Assembly: GCA_041663025.1 (NCBI GenBank)
Contig: JBAZRE010000001.1
Coordinates: forward strand, 5,912 to 69,911
Direction: 5' to 3'
Source of the DNA: Minisyncoccota bacterium
Lineage (GTDB): Bacteria; Patescibacteriota; Minisyncoccia; Phycocordibacterales; Phycocordibacteraceae
Length of the DNA stretch: 64,000 nucleotides
Part shown: positions 26,673 through 35,820 of the stretch, piece by piece
Layout of the letters: each line of letters begins with the position of its first letter
Numbering within the stretch: the stretch's first letter is position 1
Program-made: the position numbers and the translations under genes
The notes under the pieces: generated by a model
What the model saw: only the letters and a program-made list of their open reading frames with translations
The model's database searches: none
What the model was told of the DNA's origin: nothing

Positions 26673-27891
26673 AACCTCGTGTGACGAGACCGCAATTGCG
26701 ATACTCGAGTGCACTGGAGATGAAACGCATGCTGAGTTTAAAGTACTTGGGAACGCACTCCTCTCACAAATAGAAATTCACAAACAATATGGCGGCGTCT
26801 TCCCTGCCCTCGCAAAACGCGAGCACGCGAAGAATCTCGTGCCGATTCTCGAGGCAGCACTCGAGGAAGCAGAGCTATTGCATGAAGACACCCAAGCAAT
26901 CGCGGATGAGACCCGCGCCAAAATTTCAGAAATTTTGGCGCGTGAGCCCGGTCTCACTGAAACGTTTTTCGAATTCATTTCTGAATGTGAGCCTCCTGCG
27001 ATCGACGAAATCGCCGTCACGGCCGGCCCCGGCCTCGAGCCGGCGCTCTGGGTCGGTATTAATTTTGCAAAGGCGCTCGCGCTCGTTTGGCAGAAGCCGC
27101 TAGTCGCGGTGAACCATATGGAGGGACACATACTCGCCGCACTTGCTCGGCAAGAAGCACGAAGCACGAAGCACGAAGAACCAAACGAATCTCAAACAGA
27201 AAAATTGGAAATTAAAAATGTGCAATTCCCCATACTCGCCCTCCTGATTTCTGGTGGACACACGCAGCTCGTCTTGATGCGTGAATGGCTTCAGTACGAG
27301 CTTATTGGAGAGACGCGTGATGATGCTGTTGGCGAGGCCTTCGATAAGGTTGCGCGCATGCTCGCACTCCCCTACCCTGGCGGTCCTGAGATCTCCAAGC
27401 TTGCAGAAGAAGTTAGGACATCGAATGTCCTAGTTTCTGAAATAGGACATTCGATGTCCAGACCCGAATTCAAACTCCCGAGGCCAATGATCAATGAAAA
27501 CAGCTGCGACTTCTCATTTGCCGGACTAAAAACTGCGGTGTTAAATTTATTGAAAAAGATCCCCGACATAAGTGACGATGATAAGAAACACATAGCGCAC
27601 GAATTCGAAAATGCCGTCACTGATGTTTTGTGGAAGAAGACTGCGCGTGCACTTGAAGAAACTGGCGCCCAAACACTCATCATCGGTGGTGGCGTCTCGG
27701 CCAACACTCACATCAAGCGGACTTTCCAAGAAAATGTCTCCCAAGAATTTTCTGAAGTTGCACTCAAGATACCGGCGGCATCGCTCTCAACCGATAACGC
27801 TATTATGATTGCCATCGCTGGCTACTATCGTGCCTTGCGCAAAGAATTTTCAAATGATTTTGTTGCAAATGGCAACCTCCCTCTTATCTGA
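26653..27891 (+). CDS. tsaD: tRNA t6A37 threonylcarbamoyltransferase TsaD (with insertions)
   Basis: IETSCDET, GPGL, NHMEGH, SGGHT, DDAVGEAFDKVAR, DNAIMIA. Confidence 0.95.
   Translation: MKILAIETSCDETAIAILECTGDETHAEFKVLGNALLSQIEIHKQYGGVFPALAKREHAKNLVPILEAALEEAELLHEDTQAIADETRAKISEILAREPGLTETFFEFISECEPPAIDEIAVTAGPGLEPALWVGINFAKALALVWQKPLVAVNHMEGHILAALARQEARSTKHEEPNESQTEKLEIKNVQFPILALLISGGHTQLVLMREWLQYELIGETRDDAVGEAFDKVARMLALPYPGGPEISKLAEEVRTSNVLVSEIGHSMSRPEFKLPRPMINENSCDFSFAGLKTAVLNLLKKIPDISDDDKKHIAHEFENAVTDVLWKKTARALEETGAQTLIIGGGVSANTHIKRTFQENVSQEFSEVALKIPAASLSTDNAIMIAIAGYYRALRKEFSNDFVANGNLPLI
27154..27181 (+). repeat. In-frame heptamer tandem repeat in tsaD
   Basis: (GAAGCAC)3 followed by GAAGAAC. 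Confidence 0.75.
27414..27459. repeat. In-frame inverted doublet of palindrome family C in tsaD
   Basis: GGACATCGAATGTCCTA-GTTTCTGAAA-TAGGACATTCGATGTCC. Confidence 0.85.
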
Positions 27892-27904
27892 TATATTTTA
27901 AATA

Positions 27905-30076
27905 ATGGACGATAAATTTCTCAAACCATACAACTCCTCCGCGACCGAGTCGCGCATCTACACAGCATGGGAGAAGAGTGGCCTCTTCAACCCAGATGAG
28001 TGTGTGAAGCGAGGTTTTGCAAAAACAGATTCGCCAAAGTATTCAATAGTGCTCCCGCCACCAAACGTCACTGGGCGACTACACATGGGTCACGCGCTCA
28101 TGCTCGCTGTCGAAGACATTTTTGTTCGCTATAAGCGCATGTGCGGTTATCGCACACTCTGGACTCCAGGCACTGATCACGCAGCTATCGCGACACAATC
28201 GGTTGTTGAGAAACAAATAAAAAAAGAAGAAAACAAAAGTCGTCACGATCTCGGACGCGAAGAATTACTCAAGCGCATTGGGGTATTCGCAAACGAAAGT
28301 CACGACACTATCGTGAGCCAATTAAAGACGATGGGTGCCTCGCTCGATTGGTCGCGCGAGGCCTTCACGCTTGATGAGACGCGGAGCCGTGCAGTTCGTA
28401 CCGTCTTCAAGCGTATGTATGATGCCGGTCTTATTTATCGAGGACTACGTATTGTGAATTGGGACCCAAAAGGCCAAACAACTATTTCTGATGATGAGAT
28501 TGTATATGAAGAACGTGCCGCAAAACTCTATACCTTTCGCTACAGTAAGGACTTCCCTATTTCTATCGCGACCACACGGCCTGAGACCAAGGTAGGTGAT
28601 GTTGCTGTGGCGGTGCATCCAGATGACGCGCGCTATACGGCCTTCGTCGGCAAAGAATACGATGCGGTTTTTTGTGATGTACCGATACACATAAAAATTG
28701 TTGCTGATAAAGAAGTCGACCCAACCTTTGGCACTGGTGCCGTCGGTCTCACGCCCGCCCATAGTCATGTTGACTGGGAGATTGCTGATCGGCATCTGCT
28801 CTCGCATGAAGTAATTATCATAAACGAGTACGCGAGGATGACAGTCGCTGGGCGCCTATTGGATAAGAAAACCACTGAAGCGAGAGAGGTGGTTATTGAA
28901 TGGCTGAAGGAAGAAGGCCTGTTGGAAAAGACAGAAGATACCGTGCAAAATATCGCAACCGCCGAACGTACCAGTGGCATCATCGAACCTCTGCCGAAAT
29001 TGCAATGGTGGATCGAGGTGAATAAGCCAATTCCTGGTCGTGGAAAGACACTGAAAGAGCTCATGCTTGAGCCGGTACGTTCAGGAGCCATTAAGATCAT
29101 TCCAGAATATTTTGAAAAAACGTATTTTCACTGGATAGAAAATCTTCGTGACTGGTGCATCAGCCGGCAGATCTGGTATGGGCATCGTATCCCCGTCTGG
29201 TATCGAGGTGAAGAAATCAGTGTCGGTATTGAACCTGCTGAAGCTGGTTGGACGCAAGATGAAGATACACTCGATACATGGTTTTCATCAGGACTTTGGA
29301 CCTTCTCTACTTTAGGCTGGCCAGACGACACCGATGATTTCAAAAACTACCATCCGACCGATTTGCTCGAGACTGGCTACGATATTCTCTTCTTCTGGGT
29401 CGCCCGCATGATACTCATGACCGAATTCACGATTGGTGATATCCCTTTTAAAACAGTGTATCTCCACGGAATGGTTCGCGATGCCCAAGGGCGCAAAATG
29501 TCAAAGTCACTCGGCAATAACCTTGATCCGCTTGATATCACGGCAAAGTTCGGTGCGGATGCTGCGCGTATGGCACTTGTTGTCGGCAATACGCCGGGAA
29601 CCGACATGCGAATAAGTGAGGATAAAGTGAAGGGCTACAAGCACTTCTCAAACAAACTCTGGAATATCGCTAGGTTTATTCTAGAAAACACCGTGGATAC
29701 GCCACAAAATCATGTAGGACGTACTACGTCCTACATGAGTGATAGTGACAAAAAGATTCTTTCTGAACTTGATGTTCTCACAAAAGAAATTACAAATGAT
29801 ATTGATGAATATCGCATCTATCTAGCCGCAGAAAAAATATATCACTACGCGTGGCACGAGCTTGCAGATAAAATTATTGAAGAATCAAAACCGATTCTCG
29901 CTGGCAGTGATGTGGCCGCAAAAGAATCGCGTGCTATCCTGCTCATACTCCTGCTCACTCGCGTTCTGAAGCTCCTCCACCCCTTCATGCCCTTCATTAC
30001 CGAAGAGATCTGGCAATCTATGCCGACAAAAGATTCTGAATTCCTAATGGTTGCCCCTTGGCCAGTGGTAGAATAA
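27905..30076 (+). CDS. valS: Valyl-tRNA synthetase (short form, no C-terminal coiled coil)
   Basis: PPPNVTG.LHMGH, DWCISRQ, KMSKS. Confidence 0.97.
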   Translation: MDDKFLKPYNSSATESRIYTAWEKSGLFNPDECVKRGFAKTDSPKYSIVLPPPNVTGRLHMGHALMLAVEDIFVRYKRMCGYRTLWTPGTDHAAIATQSVVEKQIKKEENKSRHDLGREELLKRIGVFANESHDTIVSQLKTMGASLDWSREAFTLDETRSRAVRTVFKRMYDAGLIYRGLRIVNWDPKGQTTISDDEIVYEERAAKLYTFRYSKDFPISIATTRPETKVGDVAVAVHPDDARYTAFVGKEYDAVFCDVPIHIKIVADKEVDPTFGTGAVGLTPAHSHVDWEIADRHLLSHEVIIINEYARMTVAGRLLDKKTTEAREVVIEWLKEEGLLEKTEDTVQNIATAERTSGIIEPLPKLQWWIEVNKPIPGRGKTLKELMLEPVRSGAIKIIPEYFEKTYFHWIENLRDWCISRQIWYGHRIPVWYRGEEISVGIEPAEAGWTQDEDTLDTWFSSGLWTFSTLGWPDDTDDFKNYHPTDLLETGYDILFFWVARMILMTEFTIGDIPFKTVYLHGMVRDAQGRKMSKSLGNNLDPLDITAKFGADAARMALVVGNTPGTDMRISEDKVKGYKHFSNKLWNIARFILENTVDTPQNHVGRTTSYMSDSDKKILSELDVLTKEITNDIDEYRIYLAAEKIYHYAWHELADKIIEESKPILAGSDVAAKESRAILLILLLTRVLKLLHPFMPFITEEIWQSMPTKDSEFLMVAPWPVVE
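29711..29737. repeat. 27-bp palindrome in frame in valS
   Basis: CATGTAGGACGTA-C-TACGTCCTACATG. Confidence 0.8.
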
Positions 30077-30080
30077 ACTG

Positions 30081-30785
30081 GTGACTCTCACGACACTCGG
30101 CTATGCATTCCTCGGCGGTCTGCTGCCTTCTTTTATCTGGCTTTATTTCCTTTTGAAAGAGGATGCCAGCCATCCGGAGCCGCGTTCTCTTATTGCACTC
30201 ACCTTCATTGCCGGCATGATTGCGGTACCGCTCGCACTCCCTCTAGAACAGTACGCGAAGGATCATTTGGTAGGCGACATCTCCATCTTTACCGCGTGGG
30301 CGCTTATTGAGGAGATGCTGAAATATATAATGGTAGCGGGCCTCATATTGTGGCGAAATGCAGTCGACGAAGCACCTGATTATGTTATCTACATGATCAC
30401 AGTGGCACTTGGCTTCGCAGCCGCAGAGAATATGCTCTTTCTAATTACACCTCTTATGGACGGTGGTATTGCCAGCAGTCTATTTACGGGTAATGTGCGT
30501 TTCCTTGGCTCATCATTGCTTCATGTAGTCGCTTCTGCGACAATCGGATTTTCTCTTGCTTTCTCTGTCAGGAGTCGTCCGTCTGTACGCATGACTGCCG
30601 CTTGGCTTGGACTTATCCTCGCCATCGTGTTGCACACTGCCTTCAATACGCTTATTATCAGTCAAGGTACTTCGACCACGTTCTATGCATTTTTTCTTGT
30701 CTGGACGGTCGCCGTTGTTTTCTTCGCGGCGTTTGAAGTACTCAAATATTTCCAGTACCGTAATTTTCCTAACACCACTTTCTAA
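30081..30785 (+). CDS. PrsW family intramembrane metalloprotease
   Basis: EE..K, GFAAAEN, LH motifs, multi-TM. Confidence 0.85.
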   Translation: MTLTTLGYAFLGGLLPSFIWLYFLLKEDASHPEPRSLIALTFIAGMIAVPLALPLEQYAKDHLVGDISIFTAWALIEEMLKYIMVAGLILWRNAVDEAPDYVIYMITVALGFAAAENMLFLITPLMDGGIASSLFTGNVRFLGSSLLHVVASATIGFSLAFSVRSRPSVRMTAAWLGLILAIVLHTAFNTLIISQGTSTTFYAFFLVWTVAVVFFAAFEVLKYFQYRNFPNTTF

Positions 30786-30787
30786 TT

Positions 30788-31285
30788 ATGGCTCTCAAAC
30801 ACTCATTCTTTGAACGTCTCTCTGGTAGCCCAGCAGTTGGTGACACATTCGATTCGTTTGATGACGAATTGCCAACTACACCAATACCTACGCGCAAAGA
30901 ATCGCGTGAACGTGCTGCTCGCCCAGCACCGCTTGATGACGAGCCTTCTGGTGGCGAAGGACAACTCCCAGTTGATGTACACCAGACCTCTAGCGATATT
31001 ATTATTCGCGCTTTTGTCGCAGGAGTACGTCCTGACGAACTCAGTATTTCTATAAGCCGTGACATGGTTGAGATCGAGGGTTCGCGCATTGAACGTGAAC
31101 AAACCTCAGGCTCCGATTATTTCACCAGAGAACTTTTTTGGGGTTCATTCTGTCGCACGATTATGCTCCCACAAGAAGTGGATGTTGAAGCCTCCTCTGC
31201 AAGTGCCAAAGACGGTCTCTTGACCATCATCCTCCCGAAGCTTGATAAGGCAAAGCAGACGAAATTGCGCGTGAAGGCAGGCTGA
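30788..31285 (+). CDS. Hsp20/alpha-crystallin small heat shock protein
   Basis: LPVDV, E.FWG.F.R.I.LP, A..KDGLL.I.LPK. Confidence 0.9.
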   Translation: MALKHSFFERLSGSPAVGDTFDSFDDELPTTPIPTRKESRERAARPAPLDDEPSGGEGQLPVDVHQTSSDIIIRAFVAGVRPDELSISISRDMVEIEGSRIEREQTSGSDYFTRELFWGSFCRTIMLPQEVDVEASSASAKDGLLTIILPKLDKAKQTKLRVKAG

Positions 31286-31345
31286 ACAAAAAACAAGATC
31301 TAACCTTTAAGTCAGATTCCCAAGGTTGAACCTTGTTTTTTGTTC
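31284..31345. terminator. Long hairpin/terminator containing AAGGTTGAACCTT palindrome
   Basis: GAACAAAAAACAAG...CAAGGTTGAACCTTGTTTTTTGTTC. Confidence 0.65.
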
Positions 31346-31348
31346 GTG

Positions 31349-31425
31349 TGGTGCTTGGGCCCGGAAGTGCGCCGGGGACCTTCGCTTCTTCAGAGCGACG
31401 CTCTAACTAACTGAGCTACCCAAGC
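31349..31425 (-). tRNA. tRNA-Phe(GAA)
   Basis: GCTTGGG...CCCAAGC-ACCA, anticodon GAA; atypical T-loop CGCACTT. Confidence 0.8.
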
Positions 31426-31433
31426 AATGCGGG

Positions 31434-31727
31434 CTACTTCCCCGCTGTATAAGAGTTTATCAGCTTTTGCAGCTCAGCGGAAGTCGGGAGACCAAGGAAT
31501 CCGGAGGTCGTTGTGGTGGACATCCCAGCGGCCGAAGAAATCTTCGTGACGATTGGCTCGAGGTATTCGCGATAAAGATAGAGTGGTAGGGCGAGCACAA
31601 CAATCCATACGATAATCGTGCTAAAAAAGCCCATCCACTGCCCGCGTCTGATGGCACGAAGCATTCGGTGATTATCTTTTGCAAGTGCGTGGGTCTCATC
31701 TAACAATCGTCGTGTTTCTTCATCCAT
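31434..31727 (-). CDS. Hypothetical single-TM protein
   Basis: 97-aa ORF with central TM helix. Confidence 0.6.
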   Translation of the reverse strand: MDEETRRLLDETHALAKDNHRMLRAIRRGQWMGFFSTIIVWIVVLALPLYLYREYLEPIVTKISSAAGMSTTTTSGFLGLPTSAELQKLINSYTAGK

Positions 31728-31794
31728 ATATCCAGTATTCTATCATTGAAAAAGAAAGGGCGGCCGCCGGTTATTCACCAGTGACCGCCATCAT

Positions 31795-32331
31795 CTAATC
31801 CTTCGGAAGCGGAATCCTGTAGACAGCTTCGGGATCGAAGATTCCTCTCTCGCAACCAAAAGTCCTTGCTTCCATGAATTTTTCTTCCCATAATGCTTTT
31901 GCTTCCTTGACAGCCTTAACTCCATCATTAGCGGTGGTTGCCGTTTTCATAGGGATTCTCTCATCTTCGGAAAGATGGCTAACAAAGCCATCTCCCGACA
32001 GGAGTCTGTGTTTGTGTTCCAGATACCATTTCCCATTCCCCATACTTTCGTCTTTCTTCTCCGTTTTTTCTTGTACTTCAGGTTCGATGTCCTGCCCGAG
32101 AAGCCATGTCTTGATCTTCTCTGCATCCTCGGCAGTGTAGTGACCGACAAAAGATTGAGGATTCGATGTACAGAACGTACCTCTGCTAAGTCCCGACCAC
32201 TCGTAGATACCCTCAACTGATACGAAGTAATAGAGTTCGTCGAGAAGTCCTCTTCCGTCAGATTTACACTCTTCTTCAATTTCGATAAGTATCTGCACTA
32301 TCGGGTTGATCGAACATTTTATTTTTGCCAT
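31795..32331 (-). CDS. Hypothetical protein
   Basis: AAAGGAG SD, 178 aa, lies downstream of tRNA-Arg. Confidence 0.55.
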   Translation of the reverse strand: MAKIKCSINPIVQILIEIEEECKSDGRGLLDELYYFVSVEGIYEWSGLSRGTFCTSNPQSFVGHYTAEDAEKIKTWLLGQDIEPEVQEKTEKKDESMGNGKWYLEHKHRLLSGDGFVSHLSEDERIPMKTATTANDGVKAVKEAKALWEEKFMEARTFGCERGIFDPEAVYRIPLPKD

Positions 32332-32426
32332 TTTATACTCCTTTCTGTTGATGGTTTAGCTTCTACAAAAGACCCTTCCAATCCGAAAAGACGTTAGCAC
32401 GAGCTATATATAAAGTAAAGGTTTTG

Positions 32427-32498
32427 TGCCCCCTCCGGGAGTCGAACCTGGATCAGCTCGTTAGGAGTGAGCCGTTCTATCCATTGAACTAAGAGGGC
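32427..32498 (-). tRNA. tRNA-Arg(CCT)
   Basis: GCCCTCT...GGGGGC-A, anticodon CCT, GTTCGACTC. Confidence 0.9.
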
Positions 32499-32502
32499 AA
32501 TT

Positions 32503-32739
32503 TTAGATACCGAGTGTGCTGGCGAGCTTCTCTCTATCAAAACCGACGATTAGCGTATCACCAACTGAGATGACCGGCACACCCATCTGACCAGACTTCT
32601 GGATCATCTCCTGTCGCCTCTCCAGATCGTGTGCCACGTCATATTCAGTATAGGTAATTCCCTTCTCCTTCAAGAAGTCCTTGGCGAGCTGGCAGAAGTG
32701 GCAGGTCGGTGTGCTATAGATAGTGACGGTTTTGTCCAT
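32503..32739 (-). CDS. Glutaredoxin/NrdH-like redoxin
   Basis: YSTPTCHFC, GQMGVPVI, GFD. Confidence 0.9.
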   Translation of the reverse strand: MDKTVTIYSTPTCHFCQLAKDFLKEKGITYTEYDVAHDLERRQEMIQKSGQMGVPVISVGDTLIVGFDREKLASTLGI

Positions 32740-32931
32740 AATATTTGAGTTAGTGTGCTGAGTATATCACTTTGTGCGGAATATGAGAACCGGCGATTAC
32801 GCCTTCGTTCGTCTGTACAGGGTTAAAGAAAACAGGCAAAATTAGTAATACACCAATACCTCCCCTCTTCATGAAACCCTCCTTGTGTGAGTCACACCTA
32901 AATTAAGGCTGGTTATATCCCTCTATAAATA

Positions 32932-33528
32932 CTATTGTCCCTCTATGAAGTTGAAAGTTGAGATAATTTTATTATGGATATCACTGTTTACACCTCTTAA
33001 CTTATAACTAATATCATTCTTTCGTAAAAAATAGAAAAGGTCATCAACTCCAATAGCATTGGTTAAAACTAATTTAAACGCTTTGACACCTCCTAAGTAA
33101 ATTTCTTTTTCTTCTAAAACCGTAGTTAAACTATCTCTACTTTTTAGGCTTCTTATCTCTTCTTCCAATTTATTATTTAGCACTCTCACAAAAACACCCG
33201 TTGCCCTATATTCCGAATTCGCACCCATAAAAACATTACCCAGGTCCGTCTGGTCTATTTGGTAATTATTGGGATATTTAATCTCGTAACCATATTTTTC
33301 ATTCCGATAAACATTCCAGTTTGAAGTATCTATCCCCGAAGTTTCATCTTTTATGGGTTCTGTTGTGCTTGCAGTTGGACCTTCTTTCGGCGTTTCTTTA
33401 CCGTTAAACGAAATTTGGTTTGGCTGAAAATTAACTTTTTGGGTCTCATACCAAACTCCGACAACGATAACCGACAACGTGAGAATGGAAATTACTAAAA
33501 CTGGTGCTTTTGAAGGGTATGCTGTCAT
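32932..33528 (-). CDS. Membrane-anchored hypothetical protein (PsbP-like CPR domain), AT-rich
   Basis: TM anchor then W..YRNEKYGYEIKYP motif; visibly lower GC. Confidence 0.6.
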   Translation of the reverse strand: MTAYPSKAPVLVISILTLSVIVVGVWYETQKVNFQPNQISFNGKETPKEGPTASTTEPIKDETSGIDTSNWNVYRNEKYGYEIKYPNNYQIDQTDLGNVFMGANSEYRATGVFVRVLNNKLEEEIRSLKSRDSLTTVLEEKEIYLGGVKAFKLVLTNAIGVDDLFYFLRKNDISYKLRGVNSDIHNKIISTFNFIEGQ

Positions 33529-33617
33529 GGGTTTATTTATTTTAAATATAGGTCCAAATCACAAAGAAGTCAAAATGTACCAGGGATGGGAGAATTTAGC
33601 TATTTAGACAATATTTG

Positions 33618-33688
33618 TGCGGGTACCGGGAATCGAACCCGGGTCTCAACCTTGGGAAGGTCGCGTTCTGCCACTAAACCATACCCGC
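33618..33688 (-). tRNA. tRNA-Gly(CCC)
   Basis: GCGGGTA...TACCCGC-A, anticodon CCC, GTTCGATTC. Confidence 0.92.
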
Positions 33689-34030
33689 TTATTTGAACCA
33701 ATTAATAACTCTTTGCCACCATGAGGGCACTGTGGTGGGTGCGCTCGTTGCCGGTGGCACCACCACAATAACCTCTTCTCCAGGTCGTGCAACACCGAAG
33801 GCCGATCGGACGGCAGCATCCTCGCCACGTTCCGTAGCAATTGCGGCGAGATTCGCCTCAAGCATCTTCTTGCGCTCTTCGAGCGCCTGATACTGTCGTT
33901 CTGCGCTGTTCGCTTGCGATACGGCCACCTCAGCCTTCCCTGCAAGCCCCCAGATAAGTGACGCCAACCAAAAAATGACCAACAAAAGGACACTTATCAG
34001 AACACCTTGCCGTAATTGCTTCGCGCGCAT
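33689..34030 (-). CDS. Septum formation initiator FtsB/DivIC-like
   Basis: TM, coiled coil, then R..FG.ARPGE.VI motif. Confidence 0.75.
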   Translation of the reverse strand: MRAKQLRQGVLISVLLLVIFWLASLIWGLAGKAEVAVSQANSAERQYQALEERKKMLEANLAAIATERGEDAAVRSAFGVARPGEEVIVVVPPATSAPTTVPSWWQRVINWFK

Positions 34031-35820
34031 TACGACGATTGTACCATCTTCATGAAAACTTCTTCAGGAATGTTTACCTTGCCTCTACCATGCTCCAGTA
34101 GCTTCTTCTTGCCTCGTTTCTGCTTATCAAGCAACTTATTTTTGCGCGTAACATCACCGCCATAGAGATAGCCCGTGACATCCTTACGCATCGCAGAGAG
34201 TGTCTTTGAAGCAATGATACGTCCCTGCATCCGAGCTTGAATCTTCGTAACAAAGAGTTGCTTCGGCAAATTGCCGTGGAGCTTCTCCACCATCTTCTCT
34301 GCTTCTTCTTGTACCCTCCTGCGTGCGATCATACGTGCGAACGCGGGTACCGGCTCTTCGGCAACAAGGATATCAAGCCGCACGACATCCGCCGGCCGTT
34401 CGTCCATAATCTCGTATGAGAGCGAGGCGTATCCTGCAGAAATACTTTTTAGTGTGTCAAAGAAACCGCGCATCAATTCCCGGAGTGGCATCTCTACGGT
34501 CATTTCGATACGACCGTCATGATACGTCTCGGTCGCGAGTGTGTGTGCCTCGTGCTCATAGAGCAATTGCACCAGTGCACTGACCGCGTCTGGAGGCGTG
34601 ATAATAATAACCTTTGCCCACGGCTCTTCTATTTTCATAATATCACCATGCTCGGGGAATTTTGCAGGTGTGTATATGATCTCGCGTACGCCATTCGTCT
34701 TCGTGACGATATATGAGATTGTCGGGATAGTAACGATAAGCGAGAGGTCGAACTCACGTCTCAAACGCTCAGTGACAATCTCGAGATGTAAGAGCCCAAG
34801 GAAGCCGCAGCGGAATCCGCGCCCCAAAACACCTGATGACTCCTCTTCAAAAGAGAGTGATGAATCAGAGAGCCGCAATCGCCCAAGTGATTGTCTCAAG
34901 AGAGGTAGATCATCTTGGCTCTCTGGATACACCGAGGCCCAGACGACCGGTCGTGGTTTTGCGTATCCTTCAAGAGCAGCGAGAGATCCTCCAGTTTTAC
35001 CAATAGTGTCACCAACGCCAACGATGCCCGGTTCCTTTATACCCGTAACGATGTAGCCAATCTCGCCAGCAGAAAGCGAATCAGCAGGCGTTTCTTCTGG
35101 AGTGAAGATACCGACCTCAAGCGCAGTGAAATTTTTTCCTGCGGCATGAAATGAGAGCGACTGGCCTTTTTTAAACGTACCGTTGAACACACGCAGATAC
35201 ACGGCAATGCCCCTGTGGGTTGAGTAGGAAAAGTCGAAAACCAGACCTCGCGCTTCGCCATCTGTAGTTTTATGCGAAGGAGGGGCTGGGATGCGCGTGA
35301 CTATCGCCTCAAGAAGCTCATCAACGCCCACACCTGTCTTCCCCGACACGCCAATCACATTCTCTGGTGAAACAGATAAGAGCTGTGCGAGCTCCAGGCG
35401 CACTTCATCAACCCGCGCTGCCGGAGAATCAACCTTTGAAATAACAGGGATGATAGTACACTTCTGCGCTCTTGCCGCTGCAAGCGTCGTGAGGGTCTGG
35501 GCTTGTACTCCTTGTGTTGAATCTACGAGAAGAAGCACACCTTCGACTGCCTTGAGTGCACGTGAGACTTCATACGAAAAATCAATGTGTCCGGGTGTGT
35601 CTATCAAGTTCAAAATATAATTTCCATATTGCATTCTGACGGGTTGCATTTTTATTGTGATTCCGCGCTCGCGTTCGAGATCCATACGATCAAGGACCTG
35701 ATCGCGCATCTTGCGTACCGGAATTGTTCCCGTGCGTTCAAGGAGTCGGTCAGCGAGCGTTGATTTGCCGTGGTCAACGTGCGCGACGATAGAAAAATTG
35801 CGAATATTTTCAGAGTTCAC
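34030..35820 (-). CDS. lepA: Elongation factor 4
   Basis: IRNFSIVAHVDHGKSTLADR, GFRCGFLGLLH, RKDVT..LYGGD. Confidence 0.97.
   Translation of the reverse strand: MNSENIRNFSIVAHVDHGKSTLADRLLERTGTIPVRKMRDQVLDRMDLERERGITIKMQPVRMQYGNYILNLIDTPGHIDFSYEVSRALKAVEGVLLLVDSTQGVQAQTLTTLAAARAQKCTIIPVISKVDSPAARVDEVRLELAQLLSVSPENVIGVSGKTGVGVDELLEAIVTRIPAPPSHKTTDGEARGLVFDFSYSTHRGIAVYLRVFNGTFKKGQSLSFHAAGKNFTALEVGIFTPEETPADSLSAGEIGYIVTGIKEPGIVGVGDTIGKTGGSLAALEGYAKPRPVVWASVYPESQDDLPLLRQSLGRLRLSDSSLSFEEESSGVLGRGFRCGFLGLLHLEIVTERLRREFDLSLIVTIPTISYIVTKTNGVREIIYTPAKFPEHGDIMKIEEPWAKVIIITPPDAVSALVQLLYEHEAHTLATETYHDGRIEMTVEMPLRELMRGFFDTLKSISAGYASLSYEIMDERPADVVRLDILVAEEPVPAFARMIARRRVQEEAEKMVEKLHGNLPKQLFVTKIQARMQGRIIASKTLSAMRKDVTGYLYGGDVTRKNKLLDKQKRGKKKLLEHGRGKVNIPEEVFMKMVQSS

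Noticed and set aside
27905-30076. Short ValRS as a pseudogene
   Set aside because: Catalytic motifs are intact and the next gene follows directly; loss of the C-terminal coiled coil is seen in reduced genomes
32840-32885. SD-led 10-codon ORF (MKRGGIGVYY)
   Set aside because: Too short to support; probably a remnant
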